From Schmidtea nova (Eukaryota), in contig CM097882.1 in the NCBI GenBank assembly GCA_044892505.1, forward strand, positions 282,162,001 through 282,226,000: a DNA stretch of 64,000 bases, given 5' to 3'. Below are positions 1-12,299 of this stretch, one piece after another (position 1 is the stretch's first letter; each line of letters begins with the position of its first letter). Under the pieces are notes generated by a model that saw only the letters and a list, made by a program, of their open reading frames with translations, made no database searches and had not been told where the DNA came from. Made by a program: the position numbers and the translations under genes.

Positions 1-143
1 TACCAACTCTGGGAATGTGAATCTTGACATGCAATCTGCGTTTGCGTTCGCTTTTCCTGCTTTGAACTTTATGAATGGCGAGTATTCTTGTAATTGCATC
101 GCCCAACGCATCAATCTACTTGATGATGCTGGTTCTACCCCAA
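1..143 (-). mobile_element. Ty3/Gypsy pol fragment (RNase H end)
   Basis: Manual minus-strand translation GVEPASSSRLMRWAMQLQEYSPFIKFKAGKANANADCMSR matches the Gypsy RNase H C-terminal pattern (RW..L.EY...I.Y..G..N..AD..SR). Confidence 0.75.
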
Positions 144-651
144 AAGGCAAACAGACAAAAGGCCGACACGAACACAAGGCCGACAGACAAAAGGCCGACA
201 CGGACAAAAGGCAGACAAATAAAAGAACACTTGTAATAGCAAAAACTATTAAATAAAATCGGGGGATTCCTGGAAAATCTTTGATTTAGAATTTGATTTA
301 GAGAATTCTAAATCAAAAACTTTCCAGGAATCCCCCGATTTTATTTAATAGTTTTTGCTATTACAACTGGGTTTTTTTGTTAAAAAAATGGGTTTTTGTT
401 AAAGAGGTAATTATTATTTTAATTAGTTTAATGAAACGAAACATATATTTATATTTATTTATTTATTTTCCTTCATGGAATAGCTCACAATTTAAATTAT
501 TTCTAATTTGTAATTAAATTTTTTATAGAACAAAGTATTTATAGCTAATTTTTATTTATTTTTTTTTATCCGTAAATATTCTGCCTTTTGTCCGTGTCGG
601 CCTTTTGTCCATGTCGGCCTTTTGACCATGACGGCCTTTAATCCGTATACG
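144..651. mobile_element. MITE-like element with tandem ~18-bp subterminal repeats in inverted orientation
   Basis: Left end has repeats of ACAAAAGGCCGACACGG (about 150-212); right end has the reverse complement CCGTGTCGGCCTTTTGT (about 582-640). No TSD identified. Confidence 0.55.
231..366. repeat. Near-perfect palindrome (about 60-bp arms)
   Basis: TTGTAATAGCAAAAACTATTAAATAAAATCGGGGGATTCCTGGAAA... is mirrored by ...TTTCCAGGAATCCCCCGATTTTATTTAATAGTTTTTGCTATTACAA. Confidence 0.9.
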
Positions 652-1234
652 TTGTAATTTCTTAATACTCATTTTATTGTTTTTATCTGAGAAAACTAAA
701 GATTATCGATAATGCTATATATTTTTTTGGGTTATTATTATTATTATTATTAATATTATTGGCGGACACAGGATAACCCGGCCTTTTATTATTATTTTCA
801 TGTTGGCAAATATGCCTGTAAAATGATTTTAAAAATAATAAATTAGAAATCATAAAAAAATTCAAAATTGAAATTATAATAAAATCAATCGTGATTTTAT
901 TATTTAGATATGAATTTATAGTTGAATGGGAATGTGATTGTTTTTTTGTATCTAAAACAGTAAATAATGATAAAACAATAAGAATTACAGGTTTCTATTC
1001 TAGAAAGAATAAAGATTCCTATAATATGTAGTAAAACTCAGTAAGATGGTTTAGTTGAAAGGATATGCCAATTTTAAAAGAAAATCAATAAAATATTATT
1101 GTTGATCAAGTCTAAATCGGCTGATCAAGTTCAATATTCAGAATGTTATGTACGGGTGAGCTAAAGTTAAATTTTCTATAAAAGTTTATTGATTTTTTAT
1201 AATTTTTAGATTTCAATTCAGAAACTGTAGTTCT

Positions 1235-1580
1235 CCATCGTTTTGCTCTGTTGTTTATCTCGTTGGATGCTTTTATTTCACTGATTGAAGAATTTAGGGT
1301 GAAGTGTTGCTTGTGAGTTTTGTTTTAAATAAATATTTTAAACTTGTTTTCCATTCTCTTTCATGAACTTTTTATGAAAATGTTTAATGTTGGATCGTCC
1401 TTTTATCCATCGTTTTGCTCTGGATTTATCTCGGTGGATGCTTTTATTTCATTGATTGAAGAATTTAAGGTGAAGTGTCGTTTGTGAGTTTTGTTTTAAA
1501 TAAATATTTTAAACTTGCTTTCCATTCTCTTTCATGAACTTCTTTACGAAAATGTTTAATGTTGGATCGTCCTGTTATCT
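1235..1580. repeat. Tandem duplication, unit about 172 bp, two copies
   Basis: CCATCGTTTTGCTCTG...GTTGGATCGTCC starts at about 1235 and again at about 1407. Confidence 0.85.
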
Positions 1581-2591
1581 CTCAAAGATACTGGCGAACT
1601 TTGTTTCATTAATATGACATTAATTATCCCAGTGTTTTTGTTGCAAAGAAATAAGTTAAACTATTTGTGATCTAGCTACATAAAAATCTTAGCCATTTTT
1701 AACAGCTAAAACTCTATCAATACTCAAGAAAACGCTTTTCTGTCACTTTTCTTTTCTCATTTTATGATATTTTCACTTCTTTATATGTAGAACTTGTATC
1801 TGTTATTTAAAGAATATTTTACTTTGAAAAACAAAAACAACAAAAAATAAATAAAAACTTAAGTTAAGGAAAATTAAATTAATATAACAATCTTGCGGAT
1901 ACTCCTAAAGCCATTCTCTCTCATCTACGCAAAGTATGAGGTAGGAATTGAAAGTCGCTTTGAAAACATAGGGTTGGAGAATTCGAGAGAATCCACTACG
2001 AACACGTAGGCCCACACTGACTACCTGCATTGCAACAAACTGGAATTCAACAACAAATTAATGACTCGGAAGGTCGGGAAGATAAATAAAACAAAAAAAA
2101 TTATTTAATTTTATGCTTTCAACATTTATTCTAACATTGAGAATCAATTGAATTTTGAATTATTTATTTCATCAATGAAGTAATAACATAACATAGACAT
2201 CCGGGCATGGACCGGTGCCAAATAAAAATGAACTAGGACAGGCAAAACATCAAACTGGTATACTCAGTATGCTCAAAATGACGCCGTTCTTCCAATTGTT
2301 TGAAAAGAGATGCTCACCAATAGAGTTGCTTTAAATATCTTGGTTTTTAGAAAAAGCTATCTTTTTAAAACAAGAGTGTTTTTAAAATGCTCAAAACACG
2401 AGTGTTTTCCAAAAGTGTTTTCTTTTCAGAACAGAGTGTTAAATGACTGAAAATGGCATCCATATACAGTCGGACCCACTTAAGACGAACTCTCATAAGA
2501 CGAATTTCTAGTTAATACGAAGTAATTCCTGTTCCCCGAATTTACCTCTATTTAAAGAATGTGGAAATTAATCAAATAATACGAAGTTGGA

Positions 2592-3106
2592 TTTAGCAGC
2601 TGCAAATATAATTAAAAAGACAAATTTAGCAGCTGAAAATATATTTAATAAGACAAATTGTTCTTTCTTAGCTGCAAATATATCATCAGATTTCACAGTT
2701 GATTTAGTGTTCTTTTCCTTCATGAAATAGCTGTCTTTAATGCGCTCTGGTATTTCAATGGTAGAAATATCGATCTTTGTACTAGTAGCAATCGCTGGGG
2801 TGATTGATTGTATCAATTGTCTCTTGTGCTCGCTGAATTCCTTTGTACGATTTGCGTTCTTTTTCATAACAACATTCAATTGGTAACTTTGTAGTTTGCG
2901 TTGGGTTTTAATTGGTGCAGCTTCCATTTTTTTTAAAATTCCCTTTTGCTTGTGGTTTTTTTTTGAATAAGGTGAAAAGTGCCATTTTTTTCTGATTTAA
3001 ACAAATCGCATTTTTTTTATAAATAATTAAAAAAATTGATTTTAATATATAAATATTGATATTTAATTAAATAATATAATAACATATAAATAACGGAGGC
3101 ACTACA
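2592..3106 (-). mobile_element. Solo LTR inserted in the Tigger element, related to the LTRs at 20793-24066
   Basis: Flanked by 5-bp TSD TTGGA (2587-2591, 3107-3111); minus-strand termini TGTAGTGCCTCCGTTATTTATAT...GCTAAA; shares ATAAATAACGGAGGCACTACA and the GGTGAAAA...ATTTAAACAA block with the 21/24 kb LTRs. Confidence 0.8.
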
Positions 3107-3564
3107 TTGGATAATACGAATTTTCTGTTAATACGAAGTGAAATTGTGGTCCCATGAGGCAAAAAACCCTCTTAAGACGAAGTCAACTTTTCCCATTTCT
3201 ATGACTTCAGTAAAAAATAAAAAAAAGAACATACTGTACAAAAATCGTGGAAAAAATTATACAGTATTGTATATACTGTAGATGATGAAATTGAAAATTA
3301 AGAAATACGTATGGTAAATGAAAAAATTATTGCATAGAACTGCATATTGTTTTACTCTTCATGGTCATATTTCGCATGATAGTGGTGAACGACTGTGCCT
3401 TTACATTCACGTGAGTGCAGAAAATTAAAAATACAACATGAAGTAACGATATGTAGGACAGATAATCATTTTTTATATTATATTTTATGATTAACATTTG
3501 TTTAATTAATGGAAAATTTTGGAAAATTTTAAAACGCTGTTTACGTGGATGTTTATAGGAAATA

Positions 3565-4830
3565 ATGATTTATTGTCACGTTATTATGAATTCTAAAGCT
3601 GCTGTAAGACAAATTAAAGTAATTCCAAAAAAATTAAATGGCGCATTTGTTGGAATGCAATGCGTACAGGAGTGTAACACTAACGCGTGGTTGGAGAATA
3701 TCCTTCCAATAATGCTCGCTGGCATGCAACCAAGGGATGAATTCAACGCTGATGAATCAGCTCTCTTCTGGAAGATGCTACCTGACAGAACGTTTGCTTT
3801 TCGTGGTGAGAAATGCCATGGTGGAAAAAGGAGCAAAGATCGAATTACTGTTTTGCTCGGATGCAATATGGATGGTACAGAACGTCTGAAGCCCCTGATT
3901 ATTGGCATGTTCGAAAGACCCCGTTGTTTCAAAGGATTGAAAGTCCAAAGTGTGATATACAGACAACGGTTATAATTGTGAAATGATTTTGTCTTTTCAT
4001 GCAGGCATAACCACAACGCTTGGATGACATCGTCCATATTCTCAGAATGGCTGAAAATGATAAATGCAGACTTCCGTCGACAGAACAGACATATTCTTCT
4101 GTTCATTGACAATTGTGTGGCACATCCCAGTGGCCAGGAGCTGTCTAACATCCGTGTTGCCTTTCTGCCCCCCAAAACAACCAGCAAGCTGCAGCCTCTA
4201 GATCAAGGTAGTATAGCTGCTGTGAAATGCACTTACAGGCGAGAACTGGTTCAACGCATTGTGGATATGATCGATTTGGGGGAGACTGTGCAGGACTTCT
4301 CTTACAAATTTTCTCTCTTCTATGCGATCATGCTACTGGTTGAATCCTGGAACAGCGTCTCTCAGACATCCATCAGCAACTGTTTCCGCAAAGCCGGATT
4401 CATCCTGCCGCAATTGAAAGTGGACGAAGAAGCAAATGAAGAGGAAGGCATAATGGTGCCCCGCAACATATGGGACAGACTTTCGGAGATCCTCCATCTG
4501 CCAGCTCCAATGGAGTTCCGCGAATTTGTCAACTTGGATGCTGATACACTTATCACTTGTACAATGACGGACAAGGACATTGTGGCAACGGTGCAAGGTA
4601 CTACACCCAGTACTACACCCGAGGTTTCAGAGCAAGGCACACAGTTGACGATTCCTTCAGCTGCAGAGGTAGCAAAAATGCTTAAGTGTCTTAAAGTGTA
4701 TTTCAGTGCCAGATCAACTGACCCCTGTACTCCTCTTAACGTCATTTCTTCTCTCACACGTGAACTTCATAACACACGTACAGCAAATCTTACACAAACA
4801 TCTATTACTGATTATTTTAAGCATGACTGA
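3565..4830 (+). pseudogene. pogo/Tigger transposase (DD30D), N-terminal HTH not found
   Basis: FNADESALFW, LFIDNCVAH and LQPLDQG motifs with 30 residues between D2 and D3; C-terminal QTSITDYF; two same-frame ORFs separated by a 36-nt GT...AG segment carrying two stops. Confidence 0.9.
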
Positions 4831-5217
4831 TATGTATTTTGTACTTCAATTTTGTTTGTGAATGCACCGTTTGTACTATACTTGTCAAAGCTTTAATAAT
4901 AGACCCTTTAAATTGTATTATTATGTTTAGTAATGATAGCATTTGCTAGAGGCATGAATTGAATGGTTTTTGTGACCGTTTATCTATTATTTGGTTAAGA
5001 CGAAGTTCGGTTAATACGAATTTTTCCCCCTTCCCCAAGAGGTTCGTCTTAAGCGGGTTCGACTGTATATACCATTTTCAGACCATTTAATTTAATGGAT
5101 GCAGTAAAAAAACTGCTCTATAATTTTCTTTTTGTTTAATTATTTTTATTTAAAAGTTAAATATTTTATTTTTACTATAATGAATTTTTATTTTATCTAT
5201 CAAACTTTATCCATTAC

Positions 5218-8200
5218 AGTTATATATTTAAATTAACTGGTGTTTTAATAATTGATTATTTGGCACTTTTTATAAAATTTTAACTGAAATAAATCTATGA
5301 AGGAATTGCAGTCTCTTAAAACCGAGTTTGATTTAACTGGCGACCACGCCGAAAATCAAAATGTCAATGCAGTTTTGAAATAAACAAAGACGTTAATGGA
5401 ATGCCTACCAAAATCATGATAAAATATGCTCACGCTGAATATCAGACGAAATGATGGACGAGGATCGAAAGAAGCAGAAGAATGGATCAGAGACATAGAA
5501 GAATGACTGTTGACAAATGGACAGCGATTGACAGGCACCTTCGATGTGTTATTAGTGGCAGAAGCTAAGACATTGTGGGGAAACGTCAGAGAAACAGAAA
5601 CAACAGATGTGAAAGCCAAAACTTGGTTCCTAAATACTTTCACAATTACGAAGTCAATTACTGACAAAATCAGAGAATTGGCAATTCTGGAACATGAAGA
5701 TGATGAACGTTTTGCAGCTTTCGAGATTCGATTAAGGAAAGCTTTAGCTGAAGTTATAAATTAAGGACGATCAGAAGAAGATATTGTTCAAGATCTCATC
5801 GCAAATAAAGCACGCGATGCGAGATTAAGGTAGATATTATTGACGAAAATAGAAACAAAAATTGAAGAAACGAGATCATTGGCGAAGATTTTCGATAGTA
5901 ACCAAAATGGAAGCAATAAAACTGAATTGATTAAAGCAATTCTTAAAAGAACATATGCCAGCGTGATTGAGGGAGGGCAAATGAGAATTCAACAGAACTC
6001 TCAAGATACCAGACCTACACCATCACAAAGAAGACAATCAGAAGACCCATTTAGTCATCACAGACCAAGAAGAGATGAACATCCGATACAATTCGAAGAA
6101 AATAACCGCGCTCGACGAGAAGAATTCCCAAAAGAACAATTTTTGAGAAATGTTAGAATCCAAGATGGCTCAGAAAGGAAACTGCCAACAATTTACATGA
6201 AGAATATAGCAAGAAAGATTTATTATGAAAATAGAGGACTACCACAAGCACCGGCTCCAAAATTAACAGTAGGTGATTGTTTTTGCTGTGGCGAAAGGGG
6301 ACACAAAGAATATGAGTGCCCACTGGGAAATAAATACCTGATATGTGGTAAAGAGGGACACGGATTCCGAGATTGTTTTTCGTTACGGAAAGAGGTGCCC
6401 CGTCGATATCAAAGAATAGCGTGCATAGAAAAAGAAGATTCCAAATCTGAAAGAAGAGATTACACCGAAAACAGCCAATATTTCAGAATGGCTCACAGCG
6501 ATATGGAAGATAGATACAATGTTCCTGAAAAATATACTACATTGAGAGAAGACGGAAAAAACATCAGCGACTCCATGGGTTTCATTTCGTCGGTGGAGTC
6601 AAGGCAATAAATTATGAAAGAAGAAATGAACGAAGAAGAGACGAGGCAGAAGAAGAGATGTATCAGACGAAGGATGGAAGAAGTTGGAGTAAAATAATGT
6701 TGAATAATACAGAAGTAGATATGTTATGGGACTCTGGAGCGTCAGTAACAGTCATGAGCAAGAATTTGTAGGTGAGAATAGGCAAACCAGACCTTCAACG
6801 TAGTACTATGTTATTATGTGGCGTATTTTCAACTGGAGGTGAAGAGGCAATGGGATATATGAATTTATCGGCCACATGGAATCAGAAGACCAAAATTATC
6901 ACAGTAGTGGTTGTAAAAGAGATCGAGCCCGAATTCCTAGGGCGTATTGATACAATGAAAGAGTTTGGAGTTAAGTTAGTGAAGATCAATAATATTGAAA
7001 CCTAATACATAAACAAAATCCACACTGATGAAGAAAGAATAAATAAAGCACTGATGGCGATGGCAAGTGAGGATAATAAAGGCATTGAAGGAATGATCAG
7101 GAAATATGGTGAAATCTTTATGGCGTCGAAATTTGATTTGGGATTTACAAATTTAGTTCGACATGAGATGCGGATAACAGGAGGCCCAAATGCAATATCC
7201 TCGACGTCAACCAATACAAATGGAGAAAAAGATTGAAAAACTGATAAAAAAAATAATAAACGCAAATGTTATTCGGTGTTGCAAGAGTCCTTGGAATGCC
7301 CCGTTAGTTATAGTAGGGAAGAAAGATGGATCCATCAGGATGTGTGTAGACTATCGTGGATTGAATGCCATAACAGAAAAGGAATCATTTTCGATGCCTA
7401 ATACCAAATTCTTACTAGACTCTCTTGCAAATGCAAAAATATTGATTTAGGCCAGGCATACTATCAAGTAGAGTTGGCCCCAGAAATTCAGGAAATGACT
7501 GCATTCAGTACAATAGAAGGACAATTTTGCTTTAACAGACTACCGTTTGGCCTAGCAAGAGTTCCTGCGACATTCCAGAGACTGATGCACAAAAGTACTA
7601 GAAGAAATGCTATTCAAAAAAGTATTTGTTTATTTAGATGATATTTTGATTTATGGGAAAAGCCAAAAAGACCACGATGAGCTACTAGGGGAAATATTTA
7701 GAAGAATTAAAATGGCAAGACTGAAGATAAATCCAGAAAAATGCGAATTCAATAAAACAGAATTGTGTTTCCTTGGACACATAGTTAACGTAAAAGATAT
7801 CCAGACAAACAGAAAAAGAGTTGAAGAGATCGAGAAAGCAGAAATACCAAAATGTTCAAAGCAATTCGTTTCTCGGATTAACGAACTACTATAGAAGATT
7901 CATTAAAGACTATACTAGAATCGCAGAACCACTATATGCCGCATCATCTGGATGTGATAAAGATTTAATTTGGACTAAAGAATGCAATGAGAGTTTCCAA
8001 ACACTGAAGGAATGGTTGTGCGAGGCACTTATCCTTGATTATCCAAGAGAAGATAGGACATTTATCTTAGACACAGACGCTAGCTTTGGAGCTATTGGTG
8101 CAGTTTTGAGCCAACTTAAAGAAGATGGAGAAGAATCTGTTATAGCTTATGGTTCGAGACATATGACATCACATGAAAAGGGTTACTGTGTAACCAGGAA

Positions 8201-9828
8201 AGAACTGCTCGTTGTACATGAGTATGTCATACATTTTAGAGAATATCTTTATGGAAAGAAATTCATAATTTGCATTGACCACAAAGCTTTGGTTTTCATG
8301 AACACTACAAAAACACCAATCAGTCCGCAGTTTCAAACATGGTTAGCTAACCTGTCTGAATATGATTTTGAACTAAAATATCGGAAAGGTGAAGAACATT
8401 CGAATGCAGATGGGCTATCAAGATTAAAAAGTATGATTTGTTCCCAGTGTCAAACAAGACATGAAGATGCCAAGGAAGGAAAGTCAAAAATCAGATATAT
8501 ATATATATATACTATCCAAAGAACAGAAGCTATGGAAAAGTATTGTAGCAACAGCAGAAGGACATTAGGTTTCGAGAGTTACGAGAAATATTAGAAAATG
8601 GATGCGCACGGGAAAAAAATTTTTTTCCCATTTAACGTAAAAAATACACGAATAGATGGAGGATTAATAGCAGTAAAAAAGAACGAAAATATTTTGATGT
8701 TAGTTCCAGAAACCTTTGCAGGCTTATTAACAACAATCCTACATGAAGAATTATGTCATATTGGAGTTAAGAAACTATTCCATTATATGGAAAAGATATT
8801 TTATTAACCGAAGATGCAAGAAACAATTCAGCTCTGTTTACAATGTTGCAATATCTGCTCTAAGAGAAAGATTGATCAGACAAGAACCAAAGAAATATTT
8901 ATCTCTAGATGTAGTTCTGAATTCCTAAAACAAATTGTTATGGATGTGGCCTACATGGAGAAAAACACCATTAAAAATATATGTTAGTAATGGTGGACCG
9001 GTTTAGTAAATTGATTTCTTTGACCGCAATCACGAAGCAAGACGAAGGAACAATTTTCAAACGATACTTAACAGTTGGATCTATCGATTCGGAAAACCAA
9101 AGAGCATTTTAACAGATAGAGGACGCAATTTCGAAAGGAATTTTCTAAGACAGAGACTACAGAAACTTGGAATCAAACAGTAATTTAGCTCACTTTACCA
9201 GCACCAATCAAATGGATTAGCCTAACGAGCCATACGAACGGTAAGAGATCTTATTACAGCGACATTGGCAGGTGAGTGTGAAGAGAGAAACTGGCATGAA
9301 CTTTTACCTAGAATAGAGTTCTGTATAAATAGCAGCCGACAGAGTGCTACAGGTCTATCACCATTTGAGATAATTTATGGACGGAGTGTTAACCTACATT
9401 CAAACCTGAAACAAGCAGATATATCAAGAAGCGAATGGATAGAAGACGCAAGATATAACTCGATTAAAGCAGCAGACACTATGAGAGCTATGGATAAGGC
9501 AAATAGAGGCACTCGTGTTTTTGAGGGGGGGAGGTACTCGTACGCAAAGAACCGCAGAACAGGCACAAGGATGGTATGCAGTACGATGGCTCATATAAAA
9601 TCATCAGATTTCTATCACCTCATCGAGTTGAACTACATTCGCAAGAAGGAATGAAAGAAAGAAGAATCGAGTGGCTGAAGAAGTGGAAATATCCTTAAGA
9701 AGGGGAAAGTTATATATTTAAATTAACTGGTGTTTTAGTAATTGATTTTTTGGCACTTTTTATAAAATTTTAATTGGAAGAAATTTATGAAGAAATTGCA
9801 GTCTCTTAAAACCGAGTTTGATTTAACT
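5218..9828 (+). mobile_element. Full-length but degenerate Ty3/Gypsy LTR retrotransposon (element A) with 121-bp LTRs
   Basis: LTRs 5218-5338 and 9708-9828 (AGTTA...TAACT, 7 differences in 121 bp); PBS TGGCGACCACG; PPT AAGAAGGGGAA; TSD ATTAC; order gag(CCHC)-PR-RT-RH-INT. Confidence 0.95.
5361..9654 (+). pseudogene. gag-pol of Gypsy element A, multiple frameshifts and stops
   Basis: CFCCGERGHKEYECP knuckle; protease LWDSGAS; RT SPWNAP, MCVDYRGLN, VYLDDIL; RNase H DTDAS, DHKAL, NADGLSR; integrase HEELCHIG...C..C and GLSPFEIIYG. Confidence 0.92.
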
Positions 9829-10259
9829 ATTACTTTATTAAATTTTGCTTTTACCAAAATTTTATATTTTACGCAAATCTTAGTTACTTTAATATTAAAT
9901 TTTATTTTTAAAATTTATTATTATAATTTTTACATTTATACTATTAAAATTAAAAAATATATTTATAAAAGTTTTGAATTTTTATATTTATCTAATTCTT
10001 TTAAGAGTTTTTGTTAAATTGTTTTGTTTGTGTTTTTCTCGTGTCTGCGTCTTACGTTTGTTTATTTTACACTTTACTTTTGTTTTAATTAATTTTTACT
10101 TATGTGTATCTGATTACCTTTTTTTATTTGATGTTTTCCTCAGATATTTGAGTATACTTCTTGTAGTGTCACTAAATTTTATGTTTGCATTCACTTCTAA
10201 ATCAATGGAATTAAGTTTCCTCCCAACAATAACAAGACTACAAAATAATCTTATTTCTT

Positions 10260-11290
10260 CAATCGTCGAATAACTTTAACTAAGCAAGTTGGTGTGTCTA
10301 ACAATCTTGGCTATCTTTCTCAGTATTTTCCGCTCAGTTCTTCCTGAATTTGGTCTTTTCCTCTGATTTCCTTAGATTGAGTTTTGTAGAGCTCATTGGC
10401 TAGCGATAGGGAAAAATACAGTTTTGGCATAACTTAAGGGTTTTATTGCATTGTTAAACATATCTTGGTTTTCTATGAAGACCTGCTCCTTAAGTTTTAC
10501 TTTTAGAGATGGTATTGGACCAACTGTTATCTAAGGGTTTTTATTTATAGTAGGGCGTTTATAATTTTATTAGAGCTGAACCACGTTTTCGAGCTTCTTG
10601 CCCCTTTCCGAAAATTTCATTGCCATACGTTTAGCTTCTAATCTTCATCGATTGTCCTGTCTTATTGTCTCCTTTTCTGCTTGCCTGTAGTTGTGCGTTT
10701 AATAACCAATAAAATGTTTTCAGTCCTATTCTTTAATAAATCTCTTAACCTTAACTTTCGATTGAAAAATAGCTTCTTTTTGTTGGCGTATGAGTTGTAA
10801 AAGTTGTTGATACTAGGGTTATAATAAACAAAACACCTTCATGAAAATGATTAGATCTCCCTCACTCGTGTATCCATAGTTACTCCTAGGTAAACTATAT
10901 TAGTATTGTACACAGTGGTGCGAAAATTAAAAGAGCAGTTGAACTTTGTTGCCAAAACTACTCCTCATTGTATTAGCTCTTTTGGGTTCCTGCTGCCTAT
11001 AGAAGGTCTTACACGTTTATTTGTTTTATCTTTCAAAGGTCCTCTTAATTTACCATTTCGTAACTTCCTATAAACTTGTTCTATGTCGTCTATCACCTAC
11101 TCATATTTATTCCCTAACAACTCTGAATAGCATCCCATCTATATTTCCTAAATCGATTCTCTTTTACACCTTAGCTCCCATTCACTCTTATCAATCTAAG
11201 TACTTTAACGAAACGATTGTTTGAGAAGCTGTTTCTCCAACGCATCGAGAACTCATAACCGGTACCGACAGAGCCTCTCCTAAATCAGTT
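10260..11290 (-). mobile_element. Highly degraded Gypsy integrase-like repeat, copy 1 of 3
   Basis: Reverse complement of about 10790-10900 matches 12650-12770 (GAGTAACTATGGATACAC...CATTTTCATGA) and plus strand aligns with 15040-15240; integrase-like remnants seen only in broken frames. Boundaries approximate. Confidence 0.45.
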
Positions 11291-12299
11291 TAATTTGCGA
11301 AAAATCAAATTGAGACAAAATAAAAATATACACAATCATATATTAAATATTTATTGTCAATTACAAAATTTAATAATTACCATATATACAACAAAACATA
11401 AAACATACGTGCCAATTCGATTCATACTACAAGATTGAATAAATAATGACTGGAGTTTGCTGATAGAATAGTTGTCACAATGTCCAAAATTTCATGGTTA
11501 AAAATTAGTTAAAATAACGATTTTAGGAGGCTTATTTATGCTATTTTTATGTTACGTTTGCGCATTCTGTTCATTAAATAGTAATATTTATAATTTAATT
11601 TGTAATCAGAATTTCAAGTCAAAGCAAAAGAAACAAATAGTTGTTACTCATTATTAAATCTAGATAAGTATGATCGTTAGACGGAGTTTATACAATAGTG
11701 CTATTCCTCACATGTATTGTAATAAGAACTGTATAATAACTTCAGATTATTAATTGGGTATCTCAGTGTAATTATTTAACCAGTTGTGATATCAATAAAG
11801 ATTCCTGTTTTAATTGTTATTCTATTGATTAATAAAACACGCATTCGGAGTGAGAAGTTTGATTGATAATTTTTAAACTTCACCAACAACCCTATAACCC
11901 AATACATCGTTTTAGCAAATTAAATAGAATTGGTAAGAAAAAATAAATAAAATTAGTTAAAAATTAATCTTATCGAATAAATTGTAAAATAATTCATTTA
12001 TTGAGTATGTGTGCACAGTTAAATTCTAATTATTTATAATTTTGGTTAGAGAATGAGTAAGCGTATCAAAATTTAGTATAAATAGAAGCTGAAAAATAAT
12101 AACTCAACTTCTTTTTCTATCAGATCTTGGTTAAATTTTCTATTTATTTGCTCGCCAGCTCACATCGGTATCAAAAATGATTATTCAAGTCGAACGATTT
12201 TTTATTTTGATTGATCATCGGTTACAGAACGAAACATGTATTTTTGGTGTTCTGTGTGATGTAAATTTTGAAATTTAGTAGTTGTAACTTAATAACTAT

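Larger units (their letters stand above)
2467..5065 (+). mobile_element. pogo/Tigger DNA transposon, defective
   Basis: TIRs CAGTCGGACCCACTTAAGACGAAC / GTTCGTCTTAAGCGGGTTCGACTG (2 mismatches), TA on both flanks, internal DDD transposase. Confidence 0.92.

Noticed and set aside
2568-2927. 119-aa ORF as an independent host gene
   Set aside because: Lies within a TSD-flanked solo LTR and runs off its end into Tigger sequence; no homology recognised.
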